A DNA stretch of 64,000 bases from Patescibacteria group bacterium (GCA_039934415.1 JBDTME010000001.1:338785-402784); one strand, 5' to 3'. Positions 45,925-57,663 are shown, counted from the first letter of the stretch. Made by a program: numbers and translations. The notes: a model not told the origin generated them from the letters alone.

Positions 45925-46479
45925 TTAGTTACTATTTTCTTTTTTCTCAAACGGCATACCTAATAATTCGAGTAATCTAAATGATTGTTCTTTATCGTTG
46001 ACTGAAGTCACGATAGTAATTTGCAGTCCGCGTACTTTATCAATGTTGTCGTATACGATTTCTGGAAAGATAATTTGCTCTGGTAAACCCAAATTATAAT
46101 TTCCACTTTGATCAAATGCTTTGCGTGAAATTCCTTGAAAGTCTTTCATTCTCGCTAACACAATACTGACCAATTTATCTAAAAACTCCCACATGTAGTC
46201 GCCGCGTAAAGTCACCATGAATCCGAGTGGTTCACCTTGACGGATTTTGAAACCGGCTTCCGATTTTCGAGCGATAGTAGTTTTTGGTTTTAATCCAGTA
46301 ATGACTTTGAGCTGTTCTTCAACATTTTTGAGTGCTTCTGCTTTATGTTGCTCTTCACTCACTCTGGTACTTACAACGATTTTTTGTAATTTTCCTGCTG
46401 ACAAAGCGTTCTTTAAGTCGAACTCTTTGACAAGCTGTGGAGCAATAACCTGCTGGTATTTCTGTTTTAAGCGATTCAT
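45925..46479 (-). CDS. rplE: 50S ribosomal protein L5
   Basis: '[19 protein letters not shown]'; 'GMPFEKKE'. Confidence 0.9.
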   Translation of the reverse strand: MNRLKQKYQQVIAPQLVKEFDLKNALSAGKLQKIVVSTRVSEEQHKAEALKNVEEQLKVITGLKPKTTIARKSEAGFKIRQGEPLGFMVTLRGDYMWEFLDKLVSIVLARMKDFQGISRKAFDQSGNYNLGLPEQIIFPEIVYDNIDKVRGLQITIVTSVNDKEQSFRLLELLGMPFEKKENSN

Positions 46480-46784
46480 TAGATTACTTTTCCAGTTTTT
46501 TTAAATATTCTTGATTTACTACCATCTTTTGCCACTGTGTATCCAATTCGATCTGTTTTCTTTGTTTCTGGATTAAAGATTGCAATATTGGCTGTTGGCA
46601 AAGCACGCTCTCGTTTCACTCTATCACCTGGTCGACCAGCAAATGGTTTGATATGCTTAACGTACATATTCATGCCTTCAACGACAACTCTTTCAAGCAA
46701 AGGTAACACTTTGACAATCTTGCCTTGTTTGCCTTTATCTTTTCCGCCAGTGACGAGGACTTGGTCCCCAACTTTAAATTTCAT
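46479..46784 (-). CDS. rplX: 50S ribosomal protein L24
   Basis: 'MKFKVGDQVLVTGGKDKGKQGKIVKVL' KOW motif. Confidence 0.9.
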   Translation of the reverse strand: MKFKVGDQVLVTGGKDKGKQGKIVKVLPLLERVVVEGMNMYVKHIKPFAGRPGDRVKRERALPTANIAIFNPETKKTDRIGYTVAKDGSKSRIFKKTGKVI

Positions 46785-46785
46785 A

Positions 46786-47160
46786 TTACAGTACCTCTTG
46801 GGCTAAGCTCGCTATGCGGGTGAAACCTCTCTCTTTAACTTCTCTTGCAATCGGGCCAAACACACGGCTACCGATTGGTTCTAAAACGGTGCGTGATTGA
46901 ATCACTACTGCCGCATTATCATCAAATCTAATGTATGTACCATCTTGACGACGATACTCTTTGCGAGTTCTGACGACTACTGCTTTGACCATCTGGCCTT
47001 TTTTTAAGGTTCCTTGAGGATCAGCAGCAATCACAGAGGCAGTCACCACGTCACCCACGGTACCTTTGAATCGCTTAGAGCCACCATGAACTTGGATAAC
47101 TCTCAGCTTCTTGGCGCCGCTATTATCTGCCAGGTTTAAAATAGATCGTAATTGTATCAT
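46786..47160 (-). CDS. rplN: 50S ribosomal protein L14
   Basis: '[24 protein letters not shown]'. Confidence 0.9.
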   Translation of the reverse strand: MIQLRSILNLADNSGAKKLRVIQVHGGSKRFKGTVGDVVTASVIAADPQGTLKKGQMVKAVVVRTRKEYRRQDGTYIRFDDNAAVVIQSRTVLEPIGSRVFGPIAREVKERGFTRIASLAQEVL

Positions 47161-47164
47161 AAGT

Positions 47165-47398
47165 TTAGTTCTTTAATTTCTCTACTACCTTGAATCTCTT
47201 AGTCTTACTCATTGGTCTAGTTTCTTGAATAACTACCATCTCGCCATCTTTTACTTCAACTAAACTTGTGTCACAAGCAAAGTTTTTGGTTCTACTAATG
47301 ATTTTCTTATATACAGGATGTGTCCAGCGCTGACTCACCTTAACAATGGCTGTTTTCTGATTCTTAGTAGAGATGACTTCACCTGTGAACTGTTTCAT
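47165..47398 (-). CDS. rpsQ: 30S ribosomal protein S17
   Basis: '[27 protein letters not shown]'. Confidence 0.9.
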   Translation of the reverse strand: MKQFTGEVISTKNQKTAIVKVSQRWTHPVYKKIISRTKNFACDTSLVEVKDGEMVVIQETRPMSKTKRFKVVEKLKN

Positions 47399-47400
47399 AA

Positions 47401-47649
47401 TTATGCTGCTACTTTTTCAGCTTTCTCTGCAACTGCTGTTTCCGCAACTGCTTGTAATGTTTTTTCTCGAATAACGGTTTTGACGCGAGCAATATCTTTC
47501 TTAAGTTGATAGATACTACTCGTATTTTTCAATTTTCCGGCTGCATTCTCACTTCTTGATTGATCAAACGTTTTGATCATTTCCGACAACTTCTTTACGA
47601 GGTCGGTTTCTGTCAGCTGGTGTAACTCTTTAATATCGTTTTTTTTCAT
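47401..47649 (-). CDS. rpmC: 50S ribosomal protein L29
   Basis: 82 aa helical protein between rplP and rpsQ; 'MKKNDIKELHQLTETDLVKKL'. Confidence 0.8.
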   Translation of the reverse strand: MKKNDIKELHQLTETDLVKKLSEMIKTFDQSRSENAAGKLKNTSSIYQLKKDIARVKTVIREKTLQAVAETAVAEKAEKVAA

Positions 47650-47655
47650 GTTTGA

Positions 47656-48066
47656 TTACTCGTCTTTTTGAATAAACTTGGTCTTCATTGGAATCTTGTG
47701 TGCTGCTTTTCGTAATGCTTCTTTGGCCATTTCCTGTGAGACGCCACCAAGTTCGAACAAAATTTTCCCTGGGCGAACGACTGCAACATACTCTTCGATC
47801 TCACCTTTTCCTGAACCCATCTTGACACCTAATCCCTTTTTAGTGATTGGTTTGTCTGGAAACACCCGAATCCACATTCTTCCCAAACGCTTCGTATGAT
47901 GAGTGATGGTTTTACGTGCTGACTCAATCTGGCGAGCCGTAAACCAACCTGGATCAACTGCCTGTAATGCATACTCACCAAAGTCTACTGAATTACCACG
48001 AGTCGCAATACCGGTCATGGTACCTCGAAACTGTTTGCGGAATTTTGATTTCTTTGGTTGTAACAT
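47656..48066 (-). CDS. rplP: 50S ribosomal protein L16
   Basis: 'MLQPKKSKFRKQFRG'. Confidence 0.9.
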   Translation of the reverse strand: MLQPKKSKFRKQFRGTMTGIATRGNSVDFGEYALQAVDPGWFTARQIESARKTITHHTKRLGRMWIRVFPDKPITKKGLGVKMGSGKGEIEEYVAVVRPGKILFELGGVSQEMAKEALRKAAHKIPMKTKFIQKDE

Positions 48067-48128
48067 AGCTTTAATTCTCGATTTACCATTTACTAATTTT
48101 CAAACGCTCTTAGCTAATATTTGAAAAT

Positions 48129-48776
48129 TTAATCAGCAATCTCTCCTTTATAAATCCACACTTTGATTCCAACATACCCTGATCTGGTATACGCAGGATG
48201 CTGATAGTAATCAATATTAGCGCGTAATGTTTGAGTTGGGATTGAGCCTTGAAAATACTTTTCAGCTCGACCGATCTCAGCTCCACCGATACGACCGGTT
48301 AATGCAATCTTCACACCTTTGGCTCCTGCACCCATCACTTTTTCCATAGCTTGTTGAACAGCTCTGCGATGAGGATAGCGTTTAGCTAACTGGTCAGCGA
48401 TTCTCTCAACAACTAATTTTGAACTCAAATCAGGATCTTTGACTTCTTCAACTCGAATTTCAACTTTGACTTTAGACTCTTTAAATTGCTTAAGCATCTT
48501 CTCAACGTCTTTTTTGACTTCTTCTAAGTTAGCTCCACCTCGACCAATCACGACACCAGGTCGGGAAACGTGCAAAGTCACTTTGATTGCAGTGATTGAG
48601 CGCTCAATAGTTACTTCAACTACACCAGCACCTTTTAATTTCTGATTCAAGTATTTTCTCAACTCAAAATCAGCCACAACATGCTTACTGTAGGTACCCT
48701 TATCAGCAAACCATAAAGAGGTCCAGTTTTTGTAACTGCCTAAACGAAAGCTGATCGGATTAACTTTTTGACCCAT
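48129..48776 (-). CDS. rpsC: 30S ribosomal protein S3
   Basis: 'MGQKVNPISFRLG'; KH domain. Confidence 0.9.
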   Translation of the reverse strand: MGQKVNPISFRLGSYKNWTSLWFADKGTYSKHVVADFELRKYLNQKLKGAGVVEVTIERSITAIKVTLHVSRPGVVIGRGGANLEEVKKDVEKMLKQFKESKVKVEIRVEEVKDPDLSSKLVVERIADQLAKRYPHRRAVQQAMEKVMGAGAKGVKIALTGRIGGAEIGRAEKYFQGSIPTQTLRANIDYYQHPAYTRSGYVGIKVWIYKGEIAD

Positions 48777-48790
48777 ATTTTTTAATTTCC

Positions 48791-49381
48791 TTATTTACTC
48801 GTTGTTCGGTTAACAGTCTTTTTAGTTGGTGGCAAGCGCGCAGGCATTGGTCTGTTCACTTGTTTAGCCATTTGTGATTTATCCATCATACTGTTCTCAA
48901 CATTCGCTTGATGGATCTCTGGTTGTGTTACTTTACTTAGATTATGCTTATCTTCTTTTTGTACTTTCACTTCTTTCTTGCTCTCTACTTTCTTACTTGT
49001 TTTTTTGTCAGCTGGTTTTAATGTTGGTTCGACACTGGACTGTAAGATAACTTTGACATGGCAAGTTGGTTTCAAGATTGTACTTGATCGACCTCTACTG
49101 GCTGCTCTAAAGCGTTTGAAACTCGAACCCTGATTGATCGTAATTTCTTTCAACTCTAAATCAGCTGTTTTGAGCCCTAAGTTATTTGTGGCGTTGGCCA
49201 AGGCTTGTCGAATCACTTTTAAGATAACGACGGAACCTTTGGTTTCAATGACACTCAATTGCTCGATCGCTTTATTCAGCTTCATTCCTCGTACCGCGTC
49301 AGCAGCAAGTCTCACTTTACGTGGACTTTGTCGACTGTGTCTTTGTTCTGCTTTAATTAATAGCATATGATTCATTCTCAA
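48791..49381 (-). CDS. rplV: 50S ribosomal protein L22 (with about 80-aa K/E-rich C-terminal extension)
   Basis: 'SPRKVRLAADAVRGMKLNKAIEQL'. The tail is 'KPADKKTSKKVESKKEVKVQKEDKHN...'. Probable start is the Met of MLLIKAEQ (49366). Confidence 0.85.
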   Translation of the reverse strand: MRMNHMLLIKAEQRHSRQSPRKVRLAADAVRGMKLNKAIEQLSVIETKGSVVILKVIRQALANATNNLGLKTADLELKEITINQGSSFKRFRAASRGRSSTILKPTCHVKVILQSSVEPTLKPADKKTSKKVESKKEVKVQKEDKHNLSKVTQPEIHQANVENSMMDKSQMAKQVNRPMPARLPPTKKTVNRTTSK

Positions 49382-49457
49382 TTCACTAATTTCAAACTCT
49401 TATTTTTTTCGTTTAGCCTAGTTTATAAATTGCTAAATCGAAAGTTATTAATTCCCT

Positions 49458-49742
49458 TTATGTCTTGGTTAACGTTCTCTTCACCATCTTACCGTGGCCT
49501 TTATATGTTCGTGTCAACGAAAATTCTCCGAGTTTGTGACCAACCATGGCTTCGTTCACGAATACTTCGATAAACTTTCGACCATTGTGAACACCAAAAG
49601 TGTGTCCCACAAACTCTGGTGGTACAGCTGATGCGCGAGCCCAAGTCTTAATGACTGTCTTCTCGCCTGAGCGCTTTTGATCCATCACTTTTTTCAAAAG
49701 CTTTGGATCGATGTATGGTCCTTTTTTAGAACTGCGTGACAT
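49458..49742 (-). CDS. rpsS: 30S ribosomal protein S19
   Basis: '[19 protein letters not shown]'; '[29 protein letters not shown]'. Confidence 0.9.
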   Translation of the reverse strand: MSRSSKKGPYIDPKLLKKVMDQKRSGEKTVIKTWARASAVPPEFVGHTFGVHNGRKFIEVFVNEAMVGHKLGEFSLTRTYKGHGKMVKRTLTKT

Positions 49743-49745
49743 AGG

Positions 49746-50582
49746 TTACTTCTTTGTTCTTCTATCTTGAATAATGTATTTGTTACTGTATTTTCTTGCG
49801 CTTCTAGTTTTGGTACCCAATGCATGTTTACCCCAAGGTGTCTTTGGATACTTCATACCAATTCCACTGCGACCCTCACCACCTCCATGTGGATGAGAAC
49901 GCGGATCCTGAGCAACACCACGAACTGTTGGTCTCCATCCCATCAATCTCTTGCGACCGGCTTTACCTAAACTACGATTCTTAAAGTCCAGATTACCTAC
50001 CTGGCCGATTGTAGCGAAACACTCGGCATTGATCAAGCGAAATTCTTTAGATGGCAGCTGAACGATAACATGCTTTCCCTCTTTAGACTGAATGAGCGCA
50101 GAAGTTCCGGCTGTTCTGACTAATTGGGCACCTTTACCTGGTTTCAACTCAATGTTATGAATTGCCATACCAACTGGAATCCTAGACATTGGTAACGCGT
50201 TACCAACTTTAATATCCGAATCTGGACCGGCAACAACCGAATCACCTACTTTGAGTCCATCAGGGGCCAAGATATAAGCTTTGGCGCCATCTTTGTAGTT
50301 AAGTAAGGCAATGTGTGCAGATCGCATTGGATCGTACTCCACAGTCATTACGGCTGCTGGTACATTCAATTTCAATCTTTTCCACTCAATTAAACGTAAC
50401 TTACGTTTTACACCACCACCTCGATGTCGAACGGTGACTTTTCCAGTGTTATTTCTACCTTGTCGTTTAAAGACACCTTTTGCCAACAGCTCTTTGGTAG
50501 GTCGAGCCTTTGACAAACCAGGTGTAACGACATCGATTCGATTTCGTCTTCCTGCGCTAGTTGGTCGTGATTTTTTTAACAT
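49746..50582 (-). CDS. rplB: 50S ribosomal protein L2
   Basis: 'GRNNTGKVTVRHRGGGVKRKLRLIEW'; 'HPHGGGEGRS'. Confidence 0.9.
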   Translation of the reverse strand: MLKKSRPTSAGRRNRIDVVTPGLSKARPTKELLAKGVFKRQGRNNTGKVTVRHRGGGVKRKLRLIEWKRLKLNVPAAVMTVEYDPMRSAHIALLNYKDGAKAYILAPDGLKVGDSVVAGPDSDIKVGNALPMSRIPVGMAIHNIELKPGKGAQLVRTAGTSALIQSKEGKHVIVQLPSKEFRLINAECFATIGQVGNLDFKNRSLGKAGRKRLMGWRPTVRGVAQDPRSHPHGGGEGRSGIGMKYPKTPWGKHALGTKTRSARKYSNKYIIQDRRTKK

Positions 50583-50590
50583 AATATTAG

Positions 50591-50902
50591 TTAACTCTGG
50601 GCAATGTCAAAAACAGCGATTTTCTGGCCAGCTTTGACATGGACAAAAGCTTTCTTTTTTCGAGCAGTCAAACGAACTGTGCGTTTTTTCCCTGCTTTTT
50701 TCTTTTTTCTTGGTTGCATAACTGTTCGAACCGACTCGACACTTACTCCATACATTCGCTCAACTTCTGCACCGATCTGATGCTTATTTGCTCCAGGGTT
50801 GACTTCGAACAAATAAATATTCTTCGCACTTGCTTCAGCGACTGATTTTTCTGTAATGATTGGTTTTCGAACGACTATAGTTGGCATACTTACAATTTTC
50901 AA
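50591..50902 (-). CDS. rplW: 50S ribosomal protein L23
   Basis: 'PIITEKSVAEASAKNIYLFEV'. Confidence 0.85.
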   Translation of the reverse strand: MKIVSMPTIVVRKPIITEKSVAEASAKNIYLFEVNPGANKHQIGAEVERMYGVSVESVRTVMQPRKKKKAGKKRTVRLTARKKKAFVHVKAGQKIAVFDIAQS

Positions 50903-50918
50903 ATGTTCAAATAAACTA

Positions 50919-51749
50919 TTACTTTGCTTTTTTTGCTTTGGTTGCTACTTTTTTGACTGGCTTTGCCGCTGCTTTTTCTACTTTAACAACTTTTTCGACC
51001 TTGGCGGTCTTAACTGTCTTGGCTGCAACTTTCTTTGCTGGTTTCTTTTCAGAGACGACTGCAACTGTTTCAGTCTTTACTTCTGTTTTTGTCTCACTCA
51101 CTTCAACTGATCTTGCAGCTTTGTTTGATTTACTCATGAGACGATCTTCGAGCGCTTTGACTGCTTCTTTGGTCATGATCATGGCATCCGCATAGACTAC
51201 ATCTAAGATGTTCAATCGTTGAACATTCGTGATGATTACTCTTGGCAAATTAGCCATACTGCGAGTAATGTTTTCCATTTCTTTATCAACAATAATTAAG
51301 GTTTTTTTCGAATTTGGGGCTAACTTCTTCAGAAATGCCACTGCATCTTTGGTCTTTGGTTGAATGTCACCTAATACTGTTGTTACGACAATCTGGTCTT
51401 TCTGTAAAGATAACGCACTAATCAAGGCTTTTTTCTTCATTTCTTTGGCCATGGTTAATAACCAGTTTTCGTGACCTGTTGGACCGTGAGAAACTCCTCC
51501 ACCGACAAAGATATTAGCACTTCGTGCACCATGACGAGCATTTCCTGTACCTTTTTGCTTGAACCATTTCTTCTTGGTTCTACTGATTTCAGCACGGGTT
51601 TTGGTTTTAGCTGTTCCTTGACGTTGATTTGACAAAAACACTCGAACTGCTTGTGCTACCAACACCTTATTTGGCTTGGCACCAAAGACACTCTCATTCG
51701 CTTCAAGAGTTGTACTTTTGCCGGTAGTGTTTAAAACTGTGAATTGCAT
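50919..51749 (-). CDS. rplD: 50S ribosomal protein L4 (with about 70-aa K/A/V/E-rich C-terminal extension)
   Basis: 'KKWFKQKGTGNARHGARSANIFVGGGVSHGP'. The tail is 'EVSETKTEVKTETVAVVSEKKPAKKVAAKTVKTAKVEKVVKVEKAAAKPVKKVATKAKKAK'. Confidence 0.9.
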   Translation of the reverse strand: MQFTVLNTTGKSTTLEANESVFGAKPNKVLVAQAVRVFLSNQRQGTAKTKTRAEISRTKKKWFKQKGTGNARHGARSANIFVGGGVSHGPTGHENWLLTMAKEMKKKALISALSLQKDQIVVTTVLGDIQPKTKDAVAFLKKLAPNSKKTLIIVDKEMENITRSMANLPRVIITNVQRLNILDVVYADAMIMTKEAVKALEDRLMSKSNKAARSVEVSETKTEVKTETVAVVSEKKPAKKVAAKTVKTAKVEKVVKVEKAAAKPVKKVATKAKKAK

Positions 51750-51773
51750 GAATCAAATTTGTATTGCTAATTT

Positions 51774-52577
51774 TTAAACTGTTGCTGTCTCTTTCTCTTC
51801 AACTTTCACTTCTGTTGCTTCGACTGTTTCAATAACCTGTGGCTCTGCTTCCATAACTACTGGTTCTTGAACTGCAATGTTTTGCAAACCTTCAAACTCC
51901 TCATTCCCTGCAACTTTGATTCGGACAGTTGCCGAGTTATAACTTGGAACTGGACCACTAACCCATACTTCATTGTTGATAGTATCAAGATGAACAATTT
52001 GTAGATTTTTGACACTCATATTGACGTTTCCGTAGTGTCCAGCCATACGCTTCCCTTTGAACACGCGTCCTGGGGTTGTTCTATTACCAATAGAACCAGG
52101 TGCACGTTCTCGGTCTGACTGTCCATGAGTTCGAGGTCCACCATGGAAACCATGTCGTTTCATAACACCAGCAAATCCACGTCCCTTACTCACTCCTTGA
52201 ACATGAACGATGTCACCAATATGAAGAACGTCACTGATCTGAAGTGTGTCGCCGATTTTCATCGTTGACTCTGCATCAGTTGGCTTGATCTCTCGGATTT
52301 GGCGAACACCAAAAGAAAAACCGCTCTTGTCTAATATTGTCTTGAGCGGCTTAGTCATGTTTTTTAACTTTTTGATACCGTAGCCGATTTGAAATGCTTG
52401 ATATCCATCACGTTCCATCTGTTTCTCACCAAGAACGACATTATTATCAACCTTCAACTTCGTGACGGCCAAACGCTTACCTGACTTAGTCCAAGCTTGT
52501 CCCATCTTTAATTTTGTCGCAAAAAGTGTCTGTACCATTTTATTTAGCCCGTTTGATGCGGGTTTTATAGTTTCCAA
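51774..52577 (-). CDS. rplC: 50S ribosomal protein L3 (with about 50-aa acidic C-terminal extension)
   Basis: 'GVSKGRGFAGVMKRHGFHGGPRTHGQSDRERAPGSIG'. The tail is 'EPVVMEAEPQVIETVEATEVKVEEKETATV'. Confidence 0.9.
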   Translation of the reverse strand: METIKPASNGLNKMVQTLFATKLKMGQAWTKSGKRLAVTKLKVDNNVVLGEKQMERDGYQAFQIGYGIKKLKNMTKPLKTILDKSGFSFGVRQIREIKPTDAESTMKIGDTLQISDVLHIGDIVHVQGVSKGRGFAGVMKRHGFHGGPRTHGQSDRERAPGSIGNRTTPGRVFKGKRMAGHYGNVNMSVKNLQIVHLDTINNEVWVSGPVPSYNSATVRIKVAGNEEFEGLQNIAVQEPVVMEAEPQVIETVEATEVKVEEKETATV

Positions 52578-52616
52578 TACAAAGAAACCTCTGTACTGAA
52601 GGCAGCCTTTAGGCTA

Positions 52617-52955
52617 TTACATCTTAATCTGAATACCCACTCCTGCAGGAAGTTCCAAGTGCATAAGTGCATCGATGGTCTTACTGGTTGGATTGACGAT
52701 GTCGACAACCCGTTTATGTGTGATCAAACTAAAGTGCTCTTGTGAATCTTTATCAGTATGTGGAGATGCTATGACAGTGATCTCCTTGTTTTTGTTTGGC
52801 AAAGGAACTGGTCCTACTACAACTGCACCAGTTGAAAGAGCAGTCTCGACGAGCTTTTTGGCAGCTTCGTCTATGACACGATGATCAAAAGATTTGAGCC
52901 GAACTCGGATCTTATTTTGACCTTTTTTTTCAATTGGTTTTTTGTCGGTTGCCAT
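52617..52955 (-). CDS. rpsJ: 30S ribosomal protein S10
   Basis: 'KIRVRLKSFDHRVIDEAAKKLVETALSTGAVVVGPVPLP'. Confidence 0.9.
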   Translation of the reverse strand: MATDKKPIEKKGQNKIRVRLKSFDHRVIDEAAKKLVETALSTGAVVVGPVPLPNKNKEITVIASPHTDKDSQEHFSLITHKRVVDIVNPTSKTIDALMHLELPAGVGIQIKM

Positions 52956-53157
52956 GTGTTTTCTTTGCTAACTCTGCTTATCTCAAGATAAAGGTGGATT
53001 ATACGAGAGTTACTCTATCTTGTAAACTCGACTTTCCAGGTTCACCTTTACCTCAACCACAGAGGCCCTCAATTGTACCAAAACTTATCGAGAACAACAA
53101 GGGGAGATCTTGAGGTGAGAGTGAGGCTATGCCTATAACAAAATAGCACATAGTAAG

Positions 53158-53478
53158 CTAAGTGCTTAGTCTTGAATTGAGCAGGTTTTTTACTTGAGTT
53201 AAGTCGAATCTTTCCGTCAAAAATCTTTCACCATCAACTAATAAAATCGCCCCTCCTATTTCATAAAACTCATACATTCCAGGCAAAAGTTGCACATCTG
53301 GATTAAACTGAATAATGGCGGGAATTTCTTCAAACACACTTCCCGAATCCGGTGTCCTCATAAAGAATGCTCGTGCATAACACATATCCCCTAAAAAAAC
53401 GGTCCAGTAAGTTTTTGTCACTTCATTTGGTGTTGCAACCAAATAGCGAGTAACTCCAGACTCTATTCCGGTTTTCAT
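53158..53478 (-). CDS. hypothetical protein (106 aa) inserted between tuf and rpsJ
   Basis: ORF with no recognisable motif. Preceded by the tuf terminator. Confidence 0.4.
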   Translation of the reverse strand: MKTGIESGVTRYLVATPNEVTKTYWTVFLGDMCYARAFFMRTPDSGSVFEEIPAIIQFNPDVQLLPGMYEFYEIGGAILLVDGERFLTERFDLTQVKNLLNSRLST

Positions 53479-53542
53479 AATGGCCTTTCAACTTGATGTT
53501 CGGAGTTTAGTCCGGTTATAAAAAAGTAAATCTGTCTTTATC

Positions 53543-53576
53543 CAAAAAGCCCCCGCTTTCGCGAGGGCCTTTTTAT
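53543..53576 (-). terminator. intrinsic terminator downstream of tuf (bidirectional hairpin)
   Basis: 'AAAAAGCCCCCGCTTTCGCGAGGGCCTTTTT': 8-bp GC stem with one mismatch and a TTTC loop, flanked by A-run and T-run. Confidence 0.6.
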
Positions 53577-53593
53577 TCTTAATTAAAAGTCTA

Positions 53594-54781
<1,188 letters not shown>

Positions 54782-54883
54782 ACAAGTATCTCCTCAAAAA
54801 TATTTTTATTAAATTTCTATGATTATCTTAACACAGAGCTTTGAATTATATAGATCTTTGCTCTAGAGATCAAGGCAGAAAGC

Positions 54884-57034
54884 TTAAACCGCTCGTCCCA
54901 CTTTTCCGCGTTCTTCGACGATGGCAGCTGTGATGCTAGCAGGTACCTCGTCGTAATGACTTGGTAACATGACAGAACTTGCACGACCTTGAGTCATTCC
55001 GCGTAGTTCAGTAACATATCCTTGCATTTCAGCTAAAGGAACTAATGCTGTGATGATGACGACGTTACCACGATTGGCGGTACCTTGAATTTGAGCGCGT
55101 CGTGAACTTAAATCACCGATGACGTCTCCCATAAAATTTTCTGGACTCGTAACTTCGATTTTCATGATTGGTTCAAGTAAAATTGGGTCCGCCATTTTGA
55201 CACCAGCCTGCAATGCGAAAGAACCTGCCATTTTGAAAGACATTTCACTAGAGTCAACTTCATGGAAACTTCCGTCAAAGACGGTGATACTCATATCAAC
55301 CAATGGGAAGCCAGTCAAAACACCGCGTTCCATTGCTTCTTTGACACCTTTTTCAATAGGATTGATGAACTCTTTAGGAATTGCACCACCTTTAATTTCA
55401 TTGAAAAATTCGTACCCTGTACCACGATCTTTTGGAACGAGTCGTAACCAACAGTGGCCATACTGTCCACGTCCACCTGATTGTTTGATGTACTTACCTT
55501 CGGCTTCGACAGCTTTCTTGATTGTTTCGCGATATGCAACTTGTGGTTTACCAACGTTCGCTTCAACTTTGAACTCACGCTTCATGCGATCAACGATTAT
55601 TTCCAAGTGCAACTCGCCCATACCACCAATGATGGTTTGACCAGTCTCATGGTTTACTTTGATACTAAAAGTAGGATCTTCTTCACCCAACTTATTCAAA
55701 GCCATACCCATGCGTTCTTGGTCATTCTTGGTTTTAGGTTCAATGGCCAAAGAGATAACTGGTTCAGCAAATGTAATACCTTCCAAAATGATTGGAGCTG
55801 ATTCGTCACTCAATGTGTCACCAGTTTTGGTAGCTTTGAGTCCGACGACAGCAACGATTTCACCAGCTTGAGCAAACTCGATTTCTTCACGTTTGTTGGC
55901 ATGCATGAGCAGTAAACGTCCCACGCGTTCTTTTTCACGACGTGTGGAGTTGTATGCGTATGAACCTGATTGTAATTTTCCTGAATAGACGCGAACGTAT
56001 GTCAACTTTCCAACGTGTGGATCAGTTTGAATTTTGAAAGCCAAGCCTGAAAATTTCTCATCAGGAACTAATTGACGAGTCAAAGGTTCATTAGTTTTTG
56101 GATCGATGCCTTTAACGTGATCAATATCAGAAGGTGATGGCAAGTACTCGATGACTGCATCTAATAATGGCTGAACACCTGTATTTTTCAGCGATGAACC
56201 AGCATAAATTGGGACCAACTTATATTGAATAACAGCTTTACGCAACGCAACTTTTAGTTCATTAATTGTAATTTCATCTGGATTATTAAAGAATTTTTCT
56301 AACAATGCGTCGTCGGTTTCAGCGATTTGTTCCACCAACTCTTTGCGCATCTCAGTAGCTTGATTCAACAACTCTCCTGGAATTTCTTTGATCTCTGGTT
56401 CAGTATCTGCTTCGTTATCTTTCCAGAACAATGCTTTCATACCTAACAAATCAATGACACCTTCGAAGTTATTTTCAGCTCCCATTGGGAGTACCATTTT
56501 GGCTGGGATAACACCGAACTTGTCTTTGATATCTTTACAAGTAGCCAAAAAGTCAGCACCGAGTTTATCCATTTTGTTCACAAAACAAATACGTGGCACG
56601 TTGTATTTATCAGCTTGTCGCCAAACTGTTTCTGATTGAGATTGCACACCCTCTGAAGCATCGAGTACTGTCACACCTCCATCAAGCACGCGCAAAGAAC
56701 GCTCGACTTCAGCAGTGAAGTCAACGTGTCCCGGTGTATCAATGATGTTGAAACGATATGGAGCTTTTTCTAAGTGAGTATCAAAATATGGTGTCCAAAA
56801 ACAAGTTGTGGCAGCGGAAGTGATTGTGATTCCACGCTCTTTCTCTTGATCCATCCAGTCCATTGTTGCTGCGCCTTCATGCACTTCACCGATCTTATAG
56901 TTCTTACCGGTATAAAACAAAATACGCTCTGTGGTGGTGGTTTTACCAGCATCAATGTGAGCAATAATTCCAATATTACGGATTCTCTGAAGAGGAATAT
57001 TATTAGCAGCTTGATGGGAGACTGTGTCGGACAT
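54884..57034 (-). CDS. fusA: elongation factor G
   Basis: '[20 protein letters not shown]', 'DTPGHVDF', 'NKMD'; 716 aa. Confidence 0.95.
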   Translation of the reverse strand: MSDTVSHQAANNIPLQRIRNIGIIAHIDAGKTTTTERILFYTGKNYKIGEVHEGAATMDWMDQEKERGITITSAATTCFWTPYFDTHLEKAPYRFNIIDTPGHVDFTAEVERSLRVLDGGVTVLDASEGVQSQSETVWRQADKYNVPRICFVNKMDKLGADFLATCKDIKDKFGVIPAKMVLPMGAENNFEGVIDLLGMKALFWKDNEADTEPEIKEIPGELLNQATEMRKELVEQIAETDDALLEKFFNNPDEITINELKVALRKAVIQYKLVPIYAGSSLKNTGVQPLLDAVIEYLPSPSDIDHVKGIDPKTNEPLTRQLVPDEKFSGLAFKIQTDPHVGKLTYVRVYSGKLQSGSYAYNSTRREKERVGRLLLMHANKREEIEFAQAGEIVAVVGLKATKTGDTLSDESAPIILEGITFAEPVISLAIEPKTKNDQERMGMALNKLGEEDPTFSIKVNHETGQTIIGGMGELHLEIIVDRMKREFKVEANVGKPQVAYRETIKKAVEAEGKYIKQSGGRGQYGHCWLRLVPKDRGTGYEFFNEIKGGAIPKEFINPIEKGVKEAMERGVLTGFPLVDMSITVFDGSFHEVDSSEMSFKMAGSFALQAGVKMADPILLEPIMKIEVTSPENFMGDVIGDLSSRRAQIQGTANRGNVVIITALVPLAEMQGYVTELRGMTQGRASSVMLPSHYDEVPASITAAIVEERGKVGRAV

Positions 57035-57130
57035 AGAAATAGTTGATAGTTATAACTGAATAGTTAATAGTTGATAAAAATTCAAGACCTTTAGTCTAGC
57101 ATCGCTTTGGCATTTCGGGAAACTACCTGA

Positions 57131-57607
57131 TCACCATCGGAAATGTGCAAAGGCTCGGTTGGCGTCAGCCATTCGATGAGAGGTGTTGCGTTTTTCAATT
57201 GCGCCACCTTCATTGTTGAGTGCTGCTTCAAGCTCGGCAACGAATTTTTCGGCAAAGGTATGATAAGTTGAGTTGGAACGACCGCGAGCTGATTCAATCA
57301 ACCAACGAACTGCGAGTGAAAAACCTCGACGACCACGAACTGGCATAGGAACCTGATAGGCTGCTCCACCAACTCGGCGTGAACGGACTTCCATTTGAGG
57401 CATCACTTTTTGGATGACTTCATCAAATACTTCAGTACCTTTTTTGTTGAATTTCTTCTCGAGCAGTTCTAACGCATCATAGATCTGCTTTTGAGCGACT
57501 GATTTCTTTCCATCATACATCGATAAGTTGATCAATTTCGCAATGCGAGTTGATTTATACTTTTCGTCAGGAAGGGTTTGTCTGGTTTTAGCTGTTTTAG
57601 AGCGCAT
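57131..57607 (-). CDS. rpsG: 30S ribosomal protein S7
   Basis: 158 aa; 'EKKFNKKGTEVFDEVIQKVMPQMEVRSRRVGGAAYQVP'. Confidence 0.9.
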   Translation of the reverse strand: MRSKTAKTRQTLPDEKYKSTRIAKLINLSMYDGKKSVAQKQIYDALELLEKKFNKKGTEVFDEVIQKVMPQMEVRSRRVGGAAYQVPMPVRGRRGFSLAVRWLIESARGRSNSTYHTFAEKFVAELEAALNNEGGAIEKRNTSHRMADANRAFAHFRW

Positions 57608-57663
57608 ATTTGTTAGGTATTGGTTATTAGTTATTGGAACTTATTACTTATTACTGACAACTT

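Noticed and set aside
50856-51195. Plus-strand ORFs 50856..51110 and 50881..51195
   Set aside because: Antisense to the low-complexity K/A-rich tail of L4; a compositional artefact.
54782-54883. Palindrome GATCTTTGCTCTAGAGATC between tuf and fusA as a possible regulatory site
   Set aside because: A short, single occurrence that could equally be a weak transcript-end hairpin. Not enough to call.
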